Shown here in pieces: positions 38,600 through 51,746 of a stretch of DNA of 64,000 nt. Every line of letters begins with the position of its first letter. Positions within the stretch are counted from its first letter, which is position 1. The notes beneath the pieces were generated by a model, which searched no databases, had not been told where the DNA came from, and worked only from the letters and a program-made list of their open reading frames with translations. Position numbers and translations under genes: made by a program. The stretch covers positions 5,077,691 to 5,141,690 of the forward strand of contig NC_068982.1 in assembly GCF_001194135.2 (NCBI RefSeq), given 5' to 3'. This DNA comes from Octopus bimaculoides. Taxonomy: Eukaryota.

Positions 38600-39400
38600 C
38601 CAACACAAGAGAAATCATTATGTGACTTGCACAATTAAAGAGTCTCCTCAACTGTGGAGATAAGGGGGTCACTGTATGAGGTGTTGGTAAGTGGAAGTCT
38701 GACAGAAGGAGCAGGAACAGGTTAACTGTTGAGGTTTCTTGGCCTCCACACATTTTACATGTGTGGTTAGTTGGAGAAGTGCCAGAAAATTAGGTCATTG
38801 TAGCAGTGACAAGGTGCCAGAATGAGCCTTTACAGGTGACAGTCCAAGAAAGTGAACGAAAATAATGAGTGTGAAAACAGAAGAATAAACAAGAGTGGGT
38901 AAGGCTGCAGGAGTGTGGAAGGAGAGAGAGAGAGAGAGAGAGACAGGCAAGCAGACAGACAGACAGACAGAAACATGAGGTGGAGATGGTCAGATGCAGG
39001 GAGGAGGTGAATGTCATGAATGGAGAACAGGAATGGGGGTGGTTGTTGAAAAAGGAGTGGTAGGGCCAATGATAAGAAAGAGGGATGAATGCTGATTGGA
39101 AGTTGCTCAGAGGAGAGGGTGTGATGACTGGCAGAACAGAAATGGAGATAAGGTATTGTATGGAGTAACAGGTTCTGCTTTCATTACTTTATAGAACAGT
39201 AAACGAAAAACTGTTGAAAGGTGAGTGATATAGGGGTGAATAATAGAAAAACGAGGGGGTGTGTTTAAAAACAGCCAGAGTGTTAGAATAGAGTGATAAA
39301 AGGACATTAACAAGCTGGGCGTGGTCAATGAGGAACATGAAGGTAAGATATACTAGGAGGAAGGGGAAGTAGCTTGGAAGAAAGTTACAGACTTGACCGG
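38600..39400 (-). mobile_element. Highly degenerate retroelement-like remnant (unclassified)
   Basis: Purine-skewed, GC-elevated block with fragmentary LINE/PLE-like peptides (CHCYNDL, PHTVT, FSIIHPYITHL). Confidence 0.25.
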
Positions 39401-40099
39401 GACATTGTACATATACATTATGCTATAAAAACCTGTCACACAACTCTAGTATAGCTGGGTGGGTCTTTGCAAGCATTGCATATCATCAGTCAAGACATTT
39501 TGATGTAGTACTCAATAGCCAAAAGCCCTTCCTGATACCAATCGTTATTTACCAAAGTCAGGCAGTTTTTCCACTGGATTTTATACATTGAACTTCCAGA
39601 CACATGGAGAACACAAACAAACATTACCACAGCTTAAACAGTGTCAATTCAAAGTCATTTGAAGGCAAACACACACACATACACACGATAGATATTCAGT
39701 TTCCATCTACTAGATTTCACTCACAAGGAACTGGTCAGTTCAAAGCTATAGTGGACAACACCTTCCCAACGTGTCCCATACAGTGAACCCCAAAACTATG
39801 TGGCTACCAAGTGAACTTCTCAAGCATGCAGCCATGCTTGTTCTCATTTATAATAATGATTAGGTGTGGTGATGTAAGTGACTTGTTACATAATTGATTG
39901 AATCAAGAGCTTAATTTACAATGATAAGGTTAATGATTGCTTTAGCTTGAGAATTCCCAATTCACTACGATTTAAATAAAGTTTAATTTCTTCATTGCAA
40001 ATTAAACAGCATATAACTGCTTAATTACTCAAGCAAAAGGTTTTAAGGGGGTCCTAATATATTCTTTCAAAAAATGGCTAGTTATTTTGAGTTTTTTAT

Positions 40100-40363
40100 T
40101 CTTTTATTCTTTTACTTGTTTCAGTCATTTGACTGTGGCTACGCAAATTGACCCCAGGACCTATTCTTTGTAAGCCTAATACTAATTTTATCAGTCTCTT
40201 TTGCCAAACTGCTAATTTACAGGGACATAAATACACCAGCTTCGATTGTTAAGCGATGTTGAGGGCACAAACACAGACACACACACACACACAAACACAA
40301 ACACACAAACACACACACACACACACACACAAACACAAACACACACACACACACACACACATA

Positions 40364-40404
<41 letters not shown>

Positions 40405-40565
40405 GACAGGCTTCTTTCAGTTTCCATCTACCAAATACACTCACAAAGCTTTGGTCGGTCCGAGGCTATAGTAGAAGACACTTGCCCAAGGTGCCATGCA
40501 GTGGGACTGAACCTAGAGCTATGTGGTTGGTAAGCAAGCTACTTACCACACAGCCACTCCTGTGC
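40100..40565 (-). mobile_element. tRNA-derived SINE family C with internal (TA)n(TG)n microsatellite (representative)
   Basis: Head ggagtggctgtgtggtaagtagcttgcttacc..ggttcagtccc, tggcaccttgggcaagtgtctt, tail tgactgaaacaagtaaaag. Other copies lie at about 5700-5925(+), 12860-13395(-, two), 15500-15650(-), 33050-33200(-), 35340-35580(+), 39690-39840(-), 44800-45225(-), 52640-52997(+), 54435-54818(+) and 62620-62995(-). Confidence 0.85.
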
Positions 40566-41689
40566 CTCTTATTATTATTATTTTTATTATTATTATTTAT
40601 TTATTATTGATTTCTTTTTATTATGGAATGCAATATATTTATAGGGAGCCATCTTTAAGAAGTTTAGACACAGACAAAATAGATGGCAAAATTTTCTCCT
40701 CTCTCTCCCACTCTTTGTCCTTCTTTCTTTGTGATTTTTAACACCAAATAGTAAACAAAAAAAATTATAAACTTGCTCACAGTTATGTGTATATGCATAT
40801 TTCATGACGAAGAGAAAGAGTTACAGACTTACCAACATACACACATCTGTAATTTTTGCAAAATTTCTTTCAAACAGGAAGAAAACTTGTACGAAATATG
40901 ATTTACTAAATACGATGTATTTGTTATTATGAATTGTCCTTTTAATTCATTTTTAATCATAGACACATAATTATATGCTGAAAAAGGCTTCTGTCACAGG
41001 TTGGAGTAACAACAAATGAGAATATATTTGTGCAAAGTTGAGGGAGTCTCAAAATTTAGTTTGGTCTGGTGAACAGAACTAAGTTACCAAAGATTACCAG
41101 TAATGTTCCAAGATGTAAGCATCATCTGCAGAGCTTTGTGAAGAAAAATCTAATCTGTGAATAATTATGAGAAAAGTAACAGGTGATCTATTATATTTGT
41201 TTTAATAAAATTCAATATGAACTTCTGATTAAGAGGTTATTTAAGTTTTGTAATAAAACATAAGAGAAAATATTTTTATTTAATATTTTTTTAATTTTCA
41301 TATTTTTATTCTTTTTCAAAATGGATAGTCCAGAAACATTCCTATCCAGGATTGTTGTAATCTTTTCTTTATTGAAGTTAAGTTAGTGTTAATATGTTTA
41401 ATGTAGAGAGTGCTGATATGCTAACTTCAGCAAGTAAAGACAAGTATTAGTCAGTGACCACTATTATTTTGATCATTTTGACAAGGAAATGACTGTAGAC
41501 ATGTTTCTGCCTCAATAAGACCTCATCAATGACACAGACATCACATTACTTGCTCAAGAAGTGATGAGAGATTCACTGAGTAGACCTAAGTAATTGAAAA
41601 CTGATTGACATAGACAAACAAAGCAGTTTAGAAGTCTGTTTCACTGATGAGGTTGAAATAAAATGAAAACATGTCTAGAGTTATAATTA

Positions 41690-41876
41690 TTATTATCATT
41701 ATTATTATTCAGGTTACTGCCTGGAATTGAACTCAGAATCTTGGGGTTAGTAGCTCGTACTCTTAACCATTACGCCCACAGGCATATGGTGTAGTGGTTA
41801 AGAGTGCAGGCTACTAACCCCCAAGATTCCGAATTTGATTCCAGGCAGTGACCTAAATAATAATAATAATAATAAT
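41690..41876. mobile_element. Head-to-head inverted pair of family D tRNA-like heads (about 80-bp arms)
   Basis: ttcaggttactgcctggaattgaactcagaatcttggggttagtagc...cttaaccattacgcc is followed by its reverse complement gcatatggtgtagtggttaagag...ccaggcagtgacctaaataa. A possible degenerate TSD is atgtctagagtt (41671) / atgtctgaagtt (41875). Confidence 0.8.
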
Positions 41877-42160
41877 GTCTGAAGTTGTCTCCTGTATTTG
41901 CCAAAATAATAAAAAGAATATTAGTTAATACTGATAAATAGTGTTTTTTGCCTTACCACATATATCTAGTTAGAGGCTTAATATACCTTCAATTAAGTAT
42001 ATCTTAACATTAATTTAACTATTGTTTATTTGATTAAAAATTGATTACTTAAAATCACATTTGATCTGTCAAACCCAAAAACAGTCACAACTGAGAAAAT
42101 CTAGCAACATAAATGTTTCTAAACAAAATTTTGACATTTAGGATTTTTTTTTCTTTTACA

Positions 42161-42205
42161 TGAATAATTTATGTGAATAATTTATGCGAATAATTTATGC
42201 GAATG
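42161..42205. repeat. 13-bp tandem repeat x3.5
   Basis: [t/c]gaataatttatg units. Confidence 0.85.
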
Positions 42206-42581
42206 ATTAACTACAAAACATTGTAGTATAAATTTGTTCAAATTTTGCTCAGGATTTGAGTATGGGATAACTACATGAAAGATTATTGTTGTTTAGCCCA
42301 TGGTAAGCCATAGTTGAGCAGACCTATGATTAAAACCACTCTAGCCACCATGACCATCCCTTCTCTTATGCCATAGTTTACCTCAGACTACATTATCCAA
42401 TATGTCCGTCTATTTTAAAAGTTTTAGAGAGCTATTTTGAGAGATTTAGTTGCTATAAGTTAGCATGTTGAACAGTTATGCTGAAGCTAAGTCAACAAGG
42501 TGCCTTTATGTGGTTATTCAACCTGCAAGAGTTAACATCCAAATTTCCCAGCTGTCTTGAAGTAGGAAAGATGCTTTAGAT

Positions 42582-42866
42582 CAGTGCTACTCAAAGCGGT
42601 GGTCCATGGACCGGTGCCGGTCTGTGAGCCATCAGCTGCCGGTACATAGTGAGTTTTCAGAAAAGAAAGAAATTATAAAATGCTTATAAATTGCTTTTGT
42701 TTACAAAATAAATATAAGATAAAAAAAAATTGTCAACTTTTATTATATTCATTATATATATTGTTTCCGGTATCAATCAATATTACTAAGAAAAATTACC
42801 AGTCCTTGGCACATTGGAGGAAAAAAAACTGCCGGTATGCCATATTGGATAGTTTGAGAATCACTG
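42582..42866. mobile_element. hAT-type MITE
   Basis: TIRs cagtgctactcaaa and tttgagaatcactg; 8-bp TSD ctttagat (42574-42581) / ctttagaa (42867-42874). Confidence 0.8.
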
Positions 42867-45800
42867 CTTTAGAAAATGTAGTCCTAGATACATTATGTGT
42901 TAAACGAAGGTAGAGTAGTCACAGCTGGTATGTCTTTGCTTATAAGCTTGCTAACTCAGAGCTGATCTGACTTTGTGACAGAGGTGATCTGCTGTGGTGA
43001 AAGAACAACCACCTACACTGTTATTGTTTTAATTTAGTTGATAATATAATTGGCTGAAATTTCTGCTACTGCAGTTTTCTGATTTTTAATTTCCGGCAGT
43101 GCAAGATTTATAATTTTAACAGGTTTTGGCATATCAGATTTAAAATAATTACTATAATGCTGCAGCGTGTGAACTAAAAGCATTGCTAGCCATCTCTAAA
43201 ATAGAAGAGACAAAATTTGATTAAACGGATGTAAGGATAAAATTTAATACAATGGATTTCCAAAGTTCTTGAGAGTGACAAGTACTTTCAAATATATAAC
43301 ACTCTTTGCAAAAAAAACCATCAATAGAATTGGCTTCAGAGACACACATTTCCAAAGTTAAATCTAGATCAAAGATTAAAGACAAAAAATAAGCTGACGC
43401 ATTTGAGCTACAAAATTTTTTTCCATAAATAAGTAAACACAATAATATAAATCCAAAGATCCAAGATGGGAAGGCAGAGCTTGTGATGTGAGCAACAGGA
43501 TGCAGTGGGGGTTACAAAAGTGGGTTTGTACATTCTGAAAGAAATTGTAGCAAGACCATTTTCTATCAGGGGACATAGAATACTTTGAACTGATAGAGGC
43601 TCAAAGCATTAATCTGTATTGATTGGTTGTCTTACCTATCATGTGAGTTTTGAACATTGGTCTAATCCTGTGCTTTGATTGGTTGAGTATTATGTGGGAT
43701 ATGGATCAGAGATCCAATCAGGTTGCGTGTAATCCATTCTCAAACAGCTAATCTGAATTTGTGCTGCAATCTACCCTCCTTCTATAAATAGCTGTAACAA
43801 ATCATCTACGAAAAGAGGGGTGAGTAATTTTCATGAAGGTGAGTCATGTTATTTTCCTGCCATTATTCACCAGAACAAAATTAATATAACAGAGCACATG
43901 TAACCAATGACAACCAGAGCTGATTTATGCAAACAATGGATGAACTATACAAGAACCAGAACTTGTGATGTTTTATTTGGTCCACTGTACTATTTAACGG
44001 AGGAATAAAGTCTCGCTGTTATTTTTAAAGTTCATTTCTTGCATTATTTCCTTGAGTGAACACACATGTATAGAAGAATGGTATGCAAGATTCTGTAGTA
44101 AACCAAGGGAGATTTTAGACCACTCTGCTAAAAATAAATGTAAGTAAATTTCCACCAAGATACAGTAACAGGGAAATAGGATCAGCTAATTGTTTAATAC
44201 ATCTGGATTACAAAGATGGATAATTAAGGAACAATTAAGATATTGATTGCGTTAATCCAGATATTGTATTGAATCCAGAATCACTAATTCAAACCTAATT
44301 CCATGTAATGGTAACATTGTGATTCTATACACTCTTTCTTATTAAAATGGTATGTACCAGTAATCCTGGAACCTATTTTCTAAACTGGCTTCATTAAAGT
44401 AATCAACCTAGAATTAAGTATTCTACATATAGACCAATAAAACACTTGTAGTGGAATTGTATTCCTGGCTAACCAGTCATTTATCCAACACTTTATCAAC
44501 AAAACTATTTATATAAATTATTAATTTGAATAATAACAACAGACACATTTCCTAAATTTCAAAGAACCTTGAAGATAGTTACTTTAAAAAATATGCTTAG
44601 CTCCAATTTCATGGCATGAAACCAATGAGCGTGATAAATCTCATCCTGGACAGGGACACCAGTTTATCACCCATAAACAATCCCAGATTATTTCATAATT
44701 CTTAATAGCAATTAGGTAAAAAAAATGTGGTGGTAGGTAACATAAAGTTTCTGTTTTGCCAGAAACATAACACAATGCTTGTAATGGATTTGAAATCATC
44801 GCATCTTTTATCGTTTACTCGTTTCAGTCATTAGAGTGTGGCCATGCTGGGGCACAGCTTTGAAGAATTTTAGTTGACCCAAATCGACCCCAGTATTTAT
44901 TCTTTTTTTTTTTGTTCAAGCCCAGTACTTATTTTATTGGTCTCTTTTCCCAAACTGCTAAGTTACAGGGACGTAAACACACCAACACCAGTTGTCAAGC
45001 AGTGGTGGGGGAGAAACACAGACATAAAGACACACACATAGATAGACATGTGTGTGTGTGTGTGACGGGATTCTTTCAGTTTCCATCCACCAAATCCACT
45101 CACAAGTCCTTGATCAGCCAGAGGCTATAGTTGGAAATATTTGCCCAGGGCGCCATGCAGAAGGATTGAACCAGAAACCATGTGGTTGGGAAACAAACTT
45201 CTTACTACATAGTTATGGCTGTGCCTGTAAAAATTTTACTAAGAACTCCCTTCGATAGGATTGATCCCCTGTCTAGAATGTTTATATGTGGCTGTGCCCA
45301 CAAGACCACCGAGACCACCAAGACAACATGTGACAATTTTTAAAAAGACTTCTAAAATAAACCAGAATAATTCAATCCAAATAAAAAAAAAAGGTGAAAT
45401 TTAGAGAATTTTACCAGCCAAAAAATGAGTGAAACGATTTAATGATATTTGTGACATACTGAAGGAAGGAGACTAACCATGGGTATCCCCAGAGTTATAT
45501 GAGAGAAAGGGACAGAACCTTCAGAATGCTTTCAAAATATATTTTGAAAATTTCTCATTAAAATTTCAAAGAAAACAAAATTTCTGATTTAAATGTTTTA
45601 TATGCAAGATAATGAATATACATCATTATGTTTAATTACTCTAAATTTCAAATGTGTTTATATAATTATTTTAGTTTTTTATTTCAGAAATCGACTTTCA
45701 AGTTGGTTCTTTTTCCTTGATACTCTAATGTAATAAGAAAATAGAATATTCACAACATATAATCAAATATTTCAAACACGAAAAAAATGTTAGCTATCAC

Positions 45801-47339
45801 AGATGCTAATTTTCATACAGGAGATTTCATTAAAAAAATTACTACATAAAAAAAAAAAAAAATGTGTATATAAAAAAAAAATAGAGGAAATAATCACATG
45901 GTGATGAACAAGAAATAAAAATCAGATTCTAATCATTTTGGAATTATTCTAGAAAATGTAAATATTCACACAATATCAATATCTGTGTGCAAAACACTAA
46001 TCTTGTGTCTGCAGCCATAAAAACCTAAGAGTAAAATTTCAATATATGGAGCCTGGCTATATTTAATTTTTAAATCAATTTACCAATAGTGCTTCACCTT
46101 ATTAGTGTTTAGGCTTCATAAAACACAACAGATAGAAGCATATGGTACAATATTATGTTACATAATGAGGTAAGAGAGTTTATATGATGTCTAGAAGGGA
46201 GTCATTGATCCCAAACTACAAAAAGCAGTTCATTGATTTATTCATATATCATTCCAAAATGACTGGTGATATTGATTTCTTTCAACGGAGTCTAAAGAAC
46301 TGATTTATACAATAAGGAAAAATTGTATGATATAATGACACATATGCATTTTCCTAAAAACATTACCAACACAAGTAAAACGAAATCTCTTCTGTCGAGA
46401 ATTAAAAGAAGATTGTAAATAAAAATTGCAGGGAGATTAATTTTTCTTCATCAGCCTTTACTACGCACACATACTTAACCAAAGAGCCTTTAGGAGAAGA
46501 GGGAAAAAATTCTGCCAAGTTCTTGTTTTTCTCAAGGATATAAGTGGTGTAAATGAATTTGCTCTGCTCTGACCTCACCACCTACTTACCATCTTGGAGT
46601 ATTATTAGCTTCCTCTTTCGAGCCACAAGGTTTAAGGATGAAAATAATTGTAAGAGAGATATTGCTGATACGTCATCAAACCCAGATGGATGAAAAGCAA
46701 ATGCAATGGCAACAGTCTTTGAAATCCCTCACAGGAATGAAAATCAATAGTGTAAGATATTCAGCTTGGTGCCTTACCATTTTTACAAAATCAACAACCT
46801 AACAAATTAATAATGTATTTAGTAATAAACTCCAAATGAGCCAAGTTCGCAACCCAGTTTAAATTCATAATTAAAATACCCTTGATAATGATTCAAATGT
46901 CAAAGTTTTCTCTTTTCCTGAAATTCCAAAATCTTGTGACTATATAAGAAAATCAATATTAATAAAATCATTCCAAAAATAAGTTATCAGATTCTGTTCA
47001 AATATAGCATCAAAATTTTCCTCAGCAAAGAACTAACTCTCTTTAAAATGGAAGCTACATGCTTTAAGTTCTAAATCTTATCTCCACATGTCTTTTGAGA
47101 AAGTTACCTTATGTTTAGTGAAGCAAAGCTAACTGGAGATATTCAACAGCTACAACAGCATTTACAAGGTCACAATCCTTGAATATCATTTAATAATTTT
47201 TCGTACTTAGGCAAGGAAGTGGAACGAGTTTGCTTTTTTCACAAATTTTGGAAATTTGAATATGGTTGGAGACTAGTTTCTTACTTCTAAATGCTTTTGT
47301 GGAATGCTAACCTTTCAGCAGTGAGATGGTTAGATGATG

Positions 47340-47617
47340 ACAGGTTAGCATGGAACGTTAAGCAGTTGTGGTCGATGAAAAAGGTGGTAGTAGTACCAAT
47401 AATTGTCTGAGCCCTAGGAACAGTAAGTAAAAATCTTGAGAAGTACATGGAATGAATAGGGGCTGCGATAAGGGTGGAGCACTTGCAGAAAACAGCAATG
47501 CTTGGAACCGCTTGAATACTCCGGAAGGTGCTCGAAAAATAAGGGGTGTTACTTTAGTTCACTGGTAATGAACAGCTGACACCATAGAACAGCTCCAACT
47601 TTAGAAGCTGTGCAAAC

Positions 47618-47652
<35 letters not shown>
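47340..47652 (+). mobile_element. 3' end of an R4/Dong-like (RLE) non-LTR retrotransposon with (ATC)n tail
   Basis: Translation LAWNVKQLWSMKKVVVVPIIV*ALGTVSKNLEKYME*IGAAIRVEHLQKTAMLGTA*ILRKVLEK* matches the typical VVPIVIGALG...LQKTALLGTARILR C-terminus. Confidence 0.7.
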
Positions 47653-48662
47653 AATGAGGATTTTTTCTTTTCTTTATTTTTAAGGCAGACAAACTGAAAT
47701 CATCGCTGGCTGTGGTAAGACCAATGTACCAGCTATGTGATCAGTCATCCAGTAGTTTAACCTCACTGACATTGTACCAATGCATTTTAGATACAATTAA
47801 AATCTTTTTTATAGAGTGCAACATTTACATTGTAAATGTGTGGTAAAAATCAAAATACTTTGATACTGTGGGGGCTGAGATCCCCGTTGACAGGCCCCTG
47901 ATATTTAAATCAAAGCAGTGACACTTACAGTCTGCAAAATTAGTTGCCCCAGTTTCCTGCAGCAACTGAAATTGTTGAGTATATAAACAGATTGGCTGCT
48001 TGTTTCTCTGGGGTTGGTCAAATTGATATAAGGGCCACTGATGAGAGTCCAATAATATTCAAAAATTGAATAAGGCTTTTCATCATCTTTTCAGTCTATG
48101 GAGAAATAGCTGAATTAGCCCTGTTTATAAATGTGCTATACAGGTTACATATACATTTATACATAATACTACGTGATCATGTGATCATGGGATGTAAGCA
48201 TGGCTGTGTGCTTAAGAATTTCACTTATGCTACCAGGTTTGTTACCACTGCATGGCTTTTGGGGCAAACCTCTTCTATTATAGCCTTGGATGGATTACTG
48301 TCTTGTAAACATTGCTGAGGCAGAATTTTCTATGGCTGGATGCCAACTCTCACTAGTTTCCAAGCGTTATAACAATTCCCTCTGTCTATCAATCAACAAA
48401 CAACCTGGACATGTTTTTATGGAAGACTGCCAACAAATGACATTGTGTCTGTCAATGGTGAGGCTTTCGTTTACAATCAGCATGTACATTGGGAATTTGT
48501 ACTCAGTCTCATTCGCACACACATATATATACAAATGCAATGGACTTCTCCACATTTTGTCTATTAAATTTCACTTAAAATATATTGGTTGTCATTCACA
48601 ATGTACTGCAACTAGAGTAGAGGAGACGAGCAAACTTCTAAAACCATGCTGTCATATCTGCA

Positions 48663-48730
<68 letters not shown>

Positions 48731-49280
48731 CGGAGCAAATATTTCATAAGAAAAAAAATGACTTGCGAAGATATCATTAACTCTGTTATTATCTAGTGTA
48801 ACAATTTTAAAATGATAATAACAGAATAAAAAATATAGGCGATTGCGGGTCCCCCGACCCCAAAAAAAAAGGCATTAGATAGCTGAAGGATTAAAATTAA
48901 TCAAAGGACATACTAAGTCTGTCTGCCTATTGTTTTTCTCATGAAATATTTGCTCTGTACTGAAATTATTTTCGCACTGGTGGCTGCCAGGATTCAGTGC
49001 AAAACGAAACAGTTGCAGCGCAGACTTCATCACTACAGTTTGGGGCTTTCCATCATGGTAACACGTGCTGAGGGAGGTGAGGCTATTATGCCAGTCCAGA
49101 AACCAGTCCACGTGAGTCCAAATACTTGAATGTATGCTGAGAGATTGTCTGAACCCATTTGCCTTCAGACGGTTGATTTCAGTAGTAATTATCAGTATAT
49201 TTTGGCAATTTAAATAAGAGTTTTGACTGCCATTTCCAGTAGGTAGACATACTTAGTATGTCCTTTGATTAATTTTATAT

Positions 49281-49562
49281 AAGAAGGAGAAGAAGAAGAA
49301 GAAGGAGAAGAAGAAGGAGAAGAAGAAGAAGAAGAAGGAGAAGAAGGAGAAGAAGAAGGAGAAGAAGAAGAAGGAGAAGAAGAAGAAGGAGAAGAAGAAG
49401 AAGGAGAAGAAGAAGAAGGAGAAGAAGAAGGAGGAGAAGAAGAAGGAGAAGAAGAAGGAGAAGAAGAAGGAGAAGAAGGAGAAGAAGAAGGAGAAGAAGA
49501 AGGAGAAGAAGGAGAAGAAGAAGAAGAAGAAGAAGAAGAAGGAGAAGAAGAAGAAGAAGAAG
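49281..49562 (+). repeat. Pure-purine (GAA/GGA)n tract running into a gap
   Basis: About 280 bp of only A/G; after the gap the sequence continues as (GGT/GAT/GAC)n to about 49930. Confidence 0.95.
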
Positions 49563-49883
49563 NNNNNNNNNNNNNNNNNNNNNNNNNNNNNNNNNNNNNN
49601 NNNNNNNNNNNNNNNNNNNNNNNNNNNNNNNNNNNNNNNNNNNNNNNNNNNNNNNNNNNNNNNNNNNNNNNNNNNNNNNNNNNNNNNNNNNNNNNNNNNN
49701 NNNNNNNNNNNNNNNNNNNNNNNNNNNNNNNNNNNNNNNNNNNNNNNNNNNNNNNNNNNNNNNNNNNNNNNNNNNNNNNNNNNNNNNNNNNNNNNNNNNN
49801 NNNNNNNNNNNNNNNNNNNNNNNNNNNNNNGTGGTGATGACGGCGGTGATGGTGATGGCGGTGATGGTGATGATGGTGATGGT

Positions 49884-49924
<41 letters not shown>

Positions 49925-51302
49925 TGATGATTTGTGCAAGTCTGAGAACACAGTGGTTTAATCCAATTACAAGCTCTAACTGGACTTGATAAATATAGAC
50001 TATATACAATATAGAAAGATTTTTTTTATTTTTCTGGATAAACTGTTATCACAAGGGAGAAGGAAATTCATTTTCATATTTTGTTTTGTCTTTTATTTTT
50101 TTCGTAGGGTTTTTCTAATGTTGAAAATCCTTGTATCATCGCTTTACAGTTGACAATAATCAGCAAACAAAAGATTATGTGAGCAAACGTGATGAGTTAA
50201 GTACAGAGTAGAATGCAAATCAGAGTGATTATCAAAGTAAGCAAGCCAGGATTAGAAGAACAAGTGATAGCAAATAGGATTATTTACAACTCAATGACTA
50301 TTTAAATGCTACAATCACATGTGACACAGAATAGTACAGAAACTATGAAGCAACTGTGTTGTCTTACTTTTTACTGAACTTGCAGATATACAGGAAATAT
50401 GTTTCTTCATATTTGCAAGTGTTACAGAAGAGCTAATGAGTGAACCTTCATGCAGGCACTTGAACTGCTAGAAATAGCAGGTCAAGTACTTGCATGTGAT
50501 TTGAGGGAGAGTTGAGCTGAATTTAAGTACCTGAATCTTTTGGCGTTCAGATTACTCTTTCAAATATAAGTTCCGTTCACAATGTTTTGAATTAATTGTA
50601 CATTATCTCATAGCTTCAAGATTTCAATGATGTAATTCTTTTTTTTTTTTCTTAGAATGACATTGTAAGGTAAGTGTGAGAGGCTGGATCTGGCCTGTTA
50701 TAACATAAAACAAGTACAATATTTGGACCTGATGTGGCCAGTTTGAATCCTAAAAGATTAAAAGCAGACATAGGACACACAGGACAAAGATACTCCCTGA
50801 CACCTAATTTCTTTTAATCAAAGTGCAAGAACACCTTCTGTGGATTAAGGATATATTTGTTTCAAATTTTGGCACAAGGCCAGCAATTTCAGAGAAAGGG
50901 GTGGGTCTGTTACATTGACTCCTGTGCTCAACTGGTACTGTATGAGCTCTGAAAGGATGAAAGGTAAAGTCAACCTTGGCAAAATTTAAACTCAACGTAC
51001 AGACAGACAAAATGCTGCTAAGCAATTTGCCTGGATTGCTAATGAGTCTACCAACTCAGTTCTGTTTAAATTGACACTGGTATGTTTTTTATTGTCCTAA
51101 AACAAATGACAAGCAAAGTTAATCTTGGCAAGGTTTAAACTTGAGACTGAGAAAGATGAATCTAAAGGCTGCAATATATTTAGTTGGGTACTGCATTATC
51201 TTTGTCATCTTTACTTCCTGATATACTCACCATATTAGGGTACACCCACTGTTCTTTTAACTAGTCTGTTGCATAAAGTTTAAAATCTTTTTTTTTTTTG
51301 GT

Positions 51303-51746
51303 AGTAAAGATTGTTTGCCAACATAACATGGCAGTCCTGGTTTAGGATGAATGTTGCTGTAATTTAACCCCAGGAGACATCGTCTCCAGCTAGCTATACA
51401 GCATGATCTATGTCCTTATATTTTCTAACAAGGGAATCTAGCACCCACACTCAGCTCAAAACAATATCTGTGTATCGCGATTTCTTGGTTATATATAGTT
51501 TTCAGCTATATATCTTGAACGAGAATTTGGCAATTATTCTGTGCTGATGAAGAGAAATAACCCAGAAATCGCGATACACAGATATTGCTTTGAGCTGATT
51601 GGGGGTGCTAGATTCCCTTGTTCGAAAATATAAGGACACAAATCGTGTCGTATAGCCAGCTGGAGACGATATCTCTTGGGGCTAAATTACAGCAACATTT
51701 GTCCTAAACCACGACCACCATGGCATGTTGGCAAACAATCTTTACT
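51303..51746. mobile_element. Long inverted repeat (about 190-bp arms, about 64-bp spacer), probable Penelope-type inverted terminal repeat
   Basis: agtaaagattgtttgccaacat...tctgtgtatcgcgatttcttggttat (51303-51492) mirrors ataacccagaaatcgcgatacacaga...atgttggcaaacaatctttact (51557-51746). Confidence 0.85.
51538..51582 (+). ncRNA. Degenerate type-I hammerhead-like motif (family H3)
   Basis: tctgtg-CTGATGA-agagaaataaccca-GAAA-tcgcga-TA-cacaga. Helix I is 6 bp and helix III is the 8-nt palindrome ATCGCGAT; helix II is poorly paired. Confidence 0.5.

Noticed and set aside
41644-41660. CTGATGA-ggtt-GAAA
   Set aside because: No room for helix II and no helix I.
46590-46798. Minus-strand exon candidates (VVDFVKM; TVAIAFAFHPSG...) and 59696-59752
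   Set aside because: The donors are strong but the acceptors are weak, one intron would be only 61 nt, and the phase does not join the downstream chain.
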